Part shown: piece after piece, positions 7,583 to 12,049 of the stretch | Position numbering within the stretch: position 1 is the stretch's first letter | Layout of the letters: the number at the start of each line of letters is the position of its first letter | Origin: a virus | Strand: one strand, 5' to 3' | Virus record (IMG/VR): IMGVR_UViG_3300010266_000139 | Location: 1-13,645 of that record | DNA length: 13,645 nucleotides | The notes under the pieces: generated by a model | What the model was told of the DNA's origin: nothing | What the model saw: only the letters and a program-made list of their open reading frames with translations | The model's database searches: none | Program-made: the position numbers and the translations under genes

Positions 7583-8035
7583 ATGGCACAGAATAACAAC
7601 GGGCTTTACTTCCTAAAGGACAAAAAAGCGCAAATCTACAATACCGTCTATGTAGAACCCGAAGAATCTTACAGCAACCCTATACCGTATTATGTAGCGG
7701 TAAATCCTGCGCCCCTGTGGTGCTACACCCGGCAGCTATCGCAAGACCAACTTTTTGCAGCGCACGCCTATTGGAACGACGAAACCCGCTTTTTTGTCTT
7801 TAATTTCCGGGATGATGTACAAATCTATAGCCACGTCTACTATAAGGGTGATTTGTACGAGGTTACCCGAGTAGACCGCACAGACGATTACAACGGGGAA
7901 ACATTCGTTTATGTAAAGAACGTAAAAGCCGCAAAATCAGATATTGAACGCTTGCGCCCTTATGGATGGAAACCCGAGGACGAGGGACTAAAACCCGCCT
8001 ACGATGAAAACGGCAACCGCATAAAGTACACATGA
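7583..8035 (+). CDS. Head-closure / head-tail joining protein (SPP1 gp16-like, Phage_H_T_join-type)
   Basis: 150 aa. LWCYTRQLSQDQLFAAHAYWNDETRFFVFNFRDDVQIYSHVYYKGDLYEVTRVDRTDD follows the family pattern (vWa.v...s..e...a......f.iRyr.dv....i.y.g..yeI..v.d). Confidence 0.65.
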   Translation: MAQNNNGLYFLKDKKAQIYNTVYVEPEESYSNPIPYYVAVNPAPLWCYTRQLSQDQLFAAHAYWNDETRFFVFNFRDDVQIYSHVYYKGDLYEVTRVDRTDDYNGETFVYVKNVKAAKSDIERLRPYGWKPEDEGLKPAYDENGNRIKYT

Positions 8036-8058
8036 ACCCACAGAGATAGAAGCAGCAC

Positions 8059-8100
8059 AGCGGGCGGCTTACAGGCTTGCCCGCTATTATTATGCTTTCA
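8059..8100 (+). terminator. Putative intrinsic terminator ending the packaging operon
   Basis: AGCGGGC (8059-8065) pairs with GCCCGCT (8079-8085) around a 13-nt loop, followed by ATTATTATGCTTTCA. Confidence 0.5.
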
Positions 8101-8107
8101 TATATTA

Positions 8108-8136
8108 TTGGTATTATCGTGTAAACATGATAATAA
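8108..8136 (+). promoter_or_regulatory. Upstream promoter of a tandem pair, carrying the shared box inside a 7-bp inverted repeat
   Basis: -35 is TTGGTA (8108-8113), a 17-nt spacer, then TGaTAATAA (8128-8136). The box GTGTAAACATGATAATA is at 8119-8135. TATTATC (8112-8118) and GATAATA (8129-8135) are reverse complements. Confidence 0.5.
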
Positions 8137-8139
8137 GTA

Positions 8140-8169
8140 TTGACAAACGCTTACCGGCTATGTTATTAT
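8140..8169 (+). promoter_or_regulatory. Downstream promoter of the tandem pair, for the orf172-parA operon
   Basis: TTGACA (8140-8145), an 18-nt spacer, then TGtTATTAT (8161-8169). The half-box CATGTAAACATA at 8174-8185 lies just downstream, in operator position. Confidence 0.55.
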
Positions 8170-8208
8170 ATCCCATGTAAACATAAAAAGAAAGTGAGGG
8201 CGCAGCTT

Positions 8209-8727
8209 ATGGACGTTTACACAATGGAAAAATGGCAGCAAGACCGCAGCTTTAGCGCAGAGCCCGGGCAAGAGGTTACAGAGGACGTATACAACGAAAT
8301 GTTAAATTGTATGCCGCCTAAGACCTTGCCCCGGGGAAAAGCTGAACAGGCTTTACAGGATTACCGCATACCCGTACACGCCGGGTTTTTAATGGGTGAG
8401 CCGCACAGCGCAAGCAAAGACGGGCAATTATACCTTGCCTTTGGCATGAACGACTACGGCAAAGGGAAGCATTATTATTACTTAGGGCTTAGCTTACCGG
8501 CTAAGGTGCTGCACGGCGCTTACTATTACTTTGATTGCCTTAACGCCTTTGTAAATGACGGGCTTTTTAAAGAAAGCGAATTTGCCGACGATGCCGAAGC
8601 CATAAGCACCGGCGCAAACTATGAAGCAACCGTATACAAATACGAATACAAGCACGGGGAACGGGTAAGCAGCAAGGTACTTTATGACCCGTGGGCGTGC
8701 TTTGATGAAAAGGGGGCTACAGAATGA
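8209..8727 (+). CDS. Hypothetical protein (172 aa), first gene of the partition operon
   Basis: The ATG at 8209 is preceded by GAAAGTGAGGG with 8-nt spacing. I rejected the track start (TTG at 8140) because it is the -35 hexamer. I recognise no motif. The protein is Tyr/Gly-rich in the middle (GKGKHYYYLGLSLPAKVLHGAYYYF). An ATGA overlap joins it to parA. Confidence 0.6.
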   Translation: MDVYTMEKWQQDRSFSAEPGQEVTEDVYNEMLNCMPPKTLPRGKAEQALQDYRIPVHAGFLMGEPHSASKDGQLYLAFGMNDYGKGKHYYYLGLSLPAKVLHGAYYYFDCLNAFVNDGLFKESEFADDAEAISTGANYEATVYKYEYKHGERVSSKVLYDPWACFDEKGATE

Positions 8728-9482
8728 AAGTATACGCCTTAGTAAATCAAAAAGGCGGCGTAGGAAAGACCACAACCGCCCTTAATGTGGGTGCAGGGCT
8801 TGCAGCGACCGGCAAAGCTGTATTGCTCATTGATGCAGACCAAAGCGGCAACCTTAGCAAAAGTGCCGGTATAGAGCTTTCCGACGATGCCCCGACCGTG
8901 TACGAGGTACTAAAGGGCGCAGCCGATATAAACGACGCTGTACAGCCCGCACAGGGCGGCAAATACGACGTATTACCCGCCGATAGTATGCTAAGCGGCG
9001 CAGACGTGGAGTTAGCGACCGTGCCGGGGCGTGAAATGCTCTTGAAAGAAGCTATAGCACAGCTTTCTAAGCCCTATGATTACATTTTGATAGATTGCCC
9101 GCCGTCTCTTAATACTTTGTCGCTTATGGCTCTTACAGCCGCTAACGGCGTTATAGTGCCGGTACAGGCACAGTATTTAGCACTTGACGGCATGGCACAG
9201 CTTAACCAAACAATAGAGCTTGTAAGAAAGAGAATGAACCCACAGTTAGAAATATGCGGCGTGCTTGTGACGCTGTACGACCCCCGCAAGCTCTTAAACA
9301 AAGAAGTATTAGAGAGCTTAACGGCGGCTTTTCCGGGCAAGGTGTATGCTACCACGATAAGCAACAATATAGCCCTTGCAGAAGCCCCGAGCTATGGCAA
9401 AGATATATTTGAATACAAGCCCAAGAGCAAAGGCGCAGAACAGTACAGGCAGCTTGTACAAGAAATATTGAAAGCAGAGTAA
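8724..9482 (+). CDS. parA: ParA/Soj-family partition ATPase
   Basis: 252 aa with the deviant Walker A at the N-terminus (VNQKGGVGKTTTALN), Walker A' LLIDADQSGN and Walker B ILIDCPPS. Confidence 0.93.
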   Translation: MKVYALVNQKGGVGKTTTALNVGAGLAATGKAVLLIDADQSGNLSKSAGIELSDDAPTVYEVLKGAADINDAVQPAQGGKYDVLPADSMLSGADVELATVPGREMLLKEAIAQLSKPYDYILIDCPPSLNTLSLMALTAANGVIVPVQAQYLALDGMAQLNQTIELVRKRMNPQLEICGVLVTLYDPRKLLNKEVLESLTAAFPGKVYATTISNNIALAEAPSYGKDIFEYKPKSKGAEQYRQLVQEILKAE

Positions 9483-9501
9483 TACAAGTAACATCATGCA
9501 C

Positions 9502-9530
9502 TTGATTTTACCGTGTAAACATGATAATAT
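9502..9530 (+). promoter_or_regulatory. Promoter for the RHH-xis-rep operon, carrying the shared box
   Basis: -35 is TTGATT (9502-9507), a 17-nt spacer, then TGaTAATAT (9522-9530). The box GTGTAAACATGATAATA is at 9513-9529. Confidence 0.6.
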
Positions 9531-9548
9531 TAGAGAGGAGCTAAGAAC

Positions 9549-9857
9549 ATGGCACGCATGAACCGCAACCCGCTTGAAGCAATGGGCTTTGATGCAGAAA
9601 AGGAAAGGGAAGCTTTAGGGATTGAACCCACAGGGGGAAAGCGTGGCAGACCGCCCAAAACCGACCTTGTGCGCACTAACGGGGTACAGGCGGGATTGCC
9701 CGAGGATTGGACAAGAGCAACTTTTATTGTAAAGGTTGAGCAACTGGAAAAGCTCAAAGATTACGCCTATACCGAGCGTTTGACGCTTAAAGAAGCTCTT
9801 GAAGCCGCCTTAGATGCTTTCTTAAAGGACAAAACCGACCTTTTGCCGCACAAATAA
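9549..9857 (+). CDS. Small ribbon-helix-helix-like DNA-binding protein, a candidate ParG/ParB-type centromere-binding partner of ParA
   Basis: 102 aa. The N-terminal half looks basic and disordered (GGKRGRPPKTD). The C-terminal TRATFIVKVEQLEKLKDYAYTERLTLKEALEAALDAFL fits a beta-alpha-alpha RHH layout. It lies directly after parA. RBS is AGAGGAG. Confidence 0.55.
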   Translation: MARMNRNPLEAMGFDAEKEREALGIEPTGGKRGRPPKTDLVRTNGVQAGLPEDWTRATFIVKVEQLEKLKDYAYTERLTLKEALEAALDAFLKDKTDLLPHK

Positions 9858-9869
9858 GAGGGGGTACAC

Positions 9870-10055
9870 ATGATACAGCTTGAAAAAGAAAAGGCGTATA
9901 CAGCAAAGGAAACCGGCGCAATTATGAAGCGCACGCCCGAAACTATCCGGGATTACATCAAAGACGGCAAGTTAAAAGCTGAAAAAATCGGCAACGCCTA
10001 CTATATAACCGAAAGTGCTATAAAGGACTATTACAAAGACAAAGAAAGAGGGTAG
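9870..10055 (+). CDS. Excisionase-family / MerR-like helix-turn-helix protein
   Basis: 61 aa. YTAKETGAIMKRTPETIRDYIKDGKLKAEKIGNAYYITESAIKDY matches the HTH_17 excisionase pattern (yt.kE.a..l.vs..ti...i..G.l.a.kiG..y.I). Confidence 0.75.
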   Translation: MIQLEKEKAYTAKETGAIMKRTPETIRDYIKDGKLKAEKIGNAYYITESAIKDYYKDKERG

Positions 10056-10060
10056 AAATC

Positions 10061-11710
10061 ATGCCGAGAGTTATTGACGAATTGACCCCGGAAGAAGTAG
10101 AAGCGGTAAAGCGCATTGATGAAGAATATAGACCGCTACTTGATGCAGCTATGGCAAAATTTCAAGCGGCTTTTGATGCCTACAGCAAAGCAAGCGCAGC
10201 CGCTAAAGCTGAAAAACGCCCGCTTACCGTAGAAGAAGCCGCCTTAGGCGACGCAATGAGCGCAGCCGGGGACGAACAAACCGCCCTTAATGACAAGTGG
10301 TTAGATGCCCGGGCACAGGTTACCCGCAAGGCAGAAACCCGGCTTTTTGAGAATTACCGGGGCAACGTCGATGCTATTCTAAGCATGATTAAAGAGGAAG
10401 TGCCCCGGCACATTGCCGTTACTTCTATCTTTGCCGGGGATGAACCCACAGAGAAAGAGCGCAGAGCCGCCGACCGGCAAGCAGCCAAAGCCCGCAAGGA
10501 AATTGAAGCCGGTATAGCCTTTAACCGTGAACAGCTTAAAAGCCGCCCGGATGATGAAGAACTTATAAAGGCTACCAATGGACTTGTTGAACTGTTAGAC
10601 AGCGGCGCATATAAGCTTACTAACCCTTATGACATGGCGTTTAGTGATGATGCGCTTAGAACGTCTATTTATGATAGCTTTGCAAACTATCTCGAATTTC
10701 TGAAAAGAGCCGCCCCGGATGCCTACAAAGAAGCTATACACTATATAGACGATTGCATAGAGAATAAGCGGGGCATGTATGATACCGTTGCAAAGAAAGC
10801 CAAGGCAACGCAGCCCCCGGAATTATCAGTAACGACAATAACGCCCAAAGAACACCTAAGCACCGTAGACAAGCTAAGCGGTAAAGCTTTTGACGTTGAA
10901 AACGATGTACTTTACACTAAAAAGCTTATTGCTGTGGGCGTAGAACGCAGGGGAAGCAAGAAAGAAATAAATACCTTGCTTAGTATGAGCTTTGACGAAC
11001 TGGAAAAAGCAGGGGTTATTATCGACGCTAAGAAGCTTACCCCGTTTGATAGAGAGGTACACGACGCTATTACAACGCTATTTGTTGAGGGCGGCAATGA
11101 TGTAATGAGCGTAGAAATGATTTATAGAACCATGATAGGCAAGCCCAAAGCCCGCCTTGCGCCCAAACAAGCCGAAGCAATAACGCAGAGCATTACAAAG
11201 ATGATGCACACGCTTATTACTATTGACGCTTCACAGGAAGCGAAAGCCTACGGCTTTGACAATTTGAAATATAAGGGCAATTTGCTTTATGCTGAAATGG
11301 CTATAGCTTCAATCAATAACAATGTAATTGAAGCCCTACACGTCATTAAAGAGCCGGTTTTATACACCTACGCAAACCGCACTAACAGAATAGGGCGGGT
11401 AGATATGAAACTACTTGACAGCCCTATAAACAAGAACGAGGAAACTATAATTTTGCAAGGGTATCTGTACCGCCGCATTTTAGCAATGCAACACGGACAA
11501 AACAAAAGCATTGTTTACGATACTGTATATAAGCAGCTTAGCATAGATGCCCCGAGCGCAGCCGCACTAAGAAAGAAAAAAGCCGACGTGCGCAGCAAAA
11601 TTAAAACCCTGTTAGACTACTGGAAGAAAGAAAAGTTTATTGCCGGGTACGTTGAAAATAAGCGGGGGCAAGAAATGTACAGCGTTACTATTAGACTGAA
11701 AAACGAGTAA
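10061..11710 (+). CDS. Putative replication initiator (long Ala/Glu-rich helical N-terminal half, probable DNA-binding C-terminal half)
   Basis: 549 aa. The call rests mainly on context: the stop codon is 6 nt from a 4 x 22-bp iteron array and the primase-helicase gene lies downstream. I recognise no diagnostic Rep motif by eye. Confidence 0.45.
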   Translation: MPRVIDELTPEEVEAVKRIDEEYRPLLDAAMAKFQAAFDAYSKASAAAKAEKRPLTVEEAALGDAMSAAGDEQTALNDKWLDARAQVTRKAETRLFENYRGNVDAILSMIKEEVPRHIAVTSIFAGDEPTEKERRAADRQAAKARKEIEAGIAFNREQLKSRPDDEELIKATNGLVELLDSGAYKLTNPYDMAFSDDALRTSIYDSFANYLEFLKRAAPDAYKEAIHYIDDCIENKRGMYDTVAKKAKATQPPELSVTTITPKEHLSTVDKLSGKAFDVENDVLYTKKLIAVGVERRGSKKEINTLLSMSFDELEKAGVIIDAKKLTPFDREVHDAITTLFVEGGNDVMSVEMIYRTMIGKPKARLAPKQAEAITQSITKMMHTLITIDASQEAKAYGFDNLKYKGNLLYAEMAIASINNNVIEALHVIKEPVLYTYANRTNRIGRVDMKLLDSPINKNEETIILQGYLYRRILAMQHGQNKSIVYDTVYKQLSIDAPSAAALRKKKADVRSKIKTLLDYWKKEKFIAGYVENKRGQEMYSVTIRLKNE

Positions 11711-11716
11711 TAGGGC

Positions 11717-11802
11717 GGGTGCAAAACCAGTAACGCCCGGGTGCAAAACTCGTAACGCCCGGGTGCAAAACTCGTAACGCCCGGGTGCAAAACTCGTAAC
11801 GC
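11717..11802 (+). repeat. Iteron array: four tandem 22-bp direct repeats GGGTGCAAAAC(T/C)(C/A)GTAACGCCC, a candidate replication origin
   Basis: Units are at 11717-11738 (2 mismatches), 11739-11760, 11761-11782 (identical to the second), and 11783-11802 (truncated at the last 2 nt). They are head to tail with no spacers. The 22-bp period equals two helical turns. Confidence 0.85.
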
Positions 11803-11832
11803 TAAAGACCCCGAAAAAGTGCCGCAAAGCCC

Positions 11833-11900
11833 CTATTTATAAGGCTTTCCGAGCAAGGGCAAAAAACGTATAAGCTTTATAAGCATATATAAGCTTTATA
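11833..11900 (+). repeat. AT-rich block with a duplicated 13-mer TATAAGCTTTATA, a candidate DNA-unwinding element next to the iterons
   Basis: TATAAGCTTTATA occurs at 11869-11881 and 11888-11900, with a related TATAAGGCTTT at about 11838. A GC-rich hairpin follows (GGCGGCT...AGCCGCC, about 11909-11929). Confidence 0.5.
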
Positions 11901-12049
11901 GGGGCGTGGGCGGCTTGCTTGCAGCCGCCGCCCCGCCTGTGGTATCAATAGCATAAGGGAAAGAGAAAGAGCCCGCAAAGTAGCAGCAACCTACCCTGTG
12001 GGCTCATTCCATAGCCCCGCACACCGACCGAGCGCAAAGGAGCTATAAA

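Noticed and set aside
8140-8208. A TTG start at 8140 for the 195-aa version of the hypothetical protein
   Set aside because: The TTG is the first codon of a TTGACA -35 hexamer, and the extension would run through promoter and operator sequence. The ATG at 8209 has a proper GAAAGTGAGGG RBS 8 nt upstream.
11717-11802. The 22-bp tandem repeats read as a CRISPR array
   Set aside because: The repeats are directly abutting with no spacers. There are only four units and no cas genes. Their position next to a Rep candidate and an AT-rich block fits iterons.
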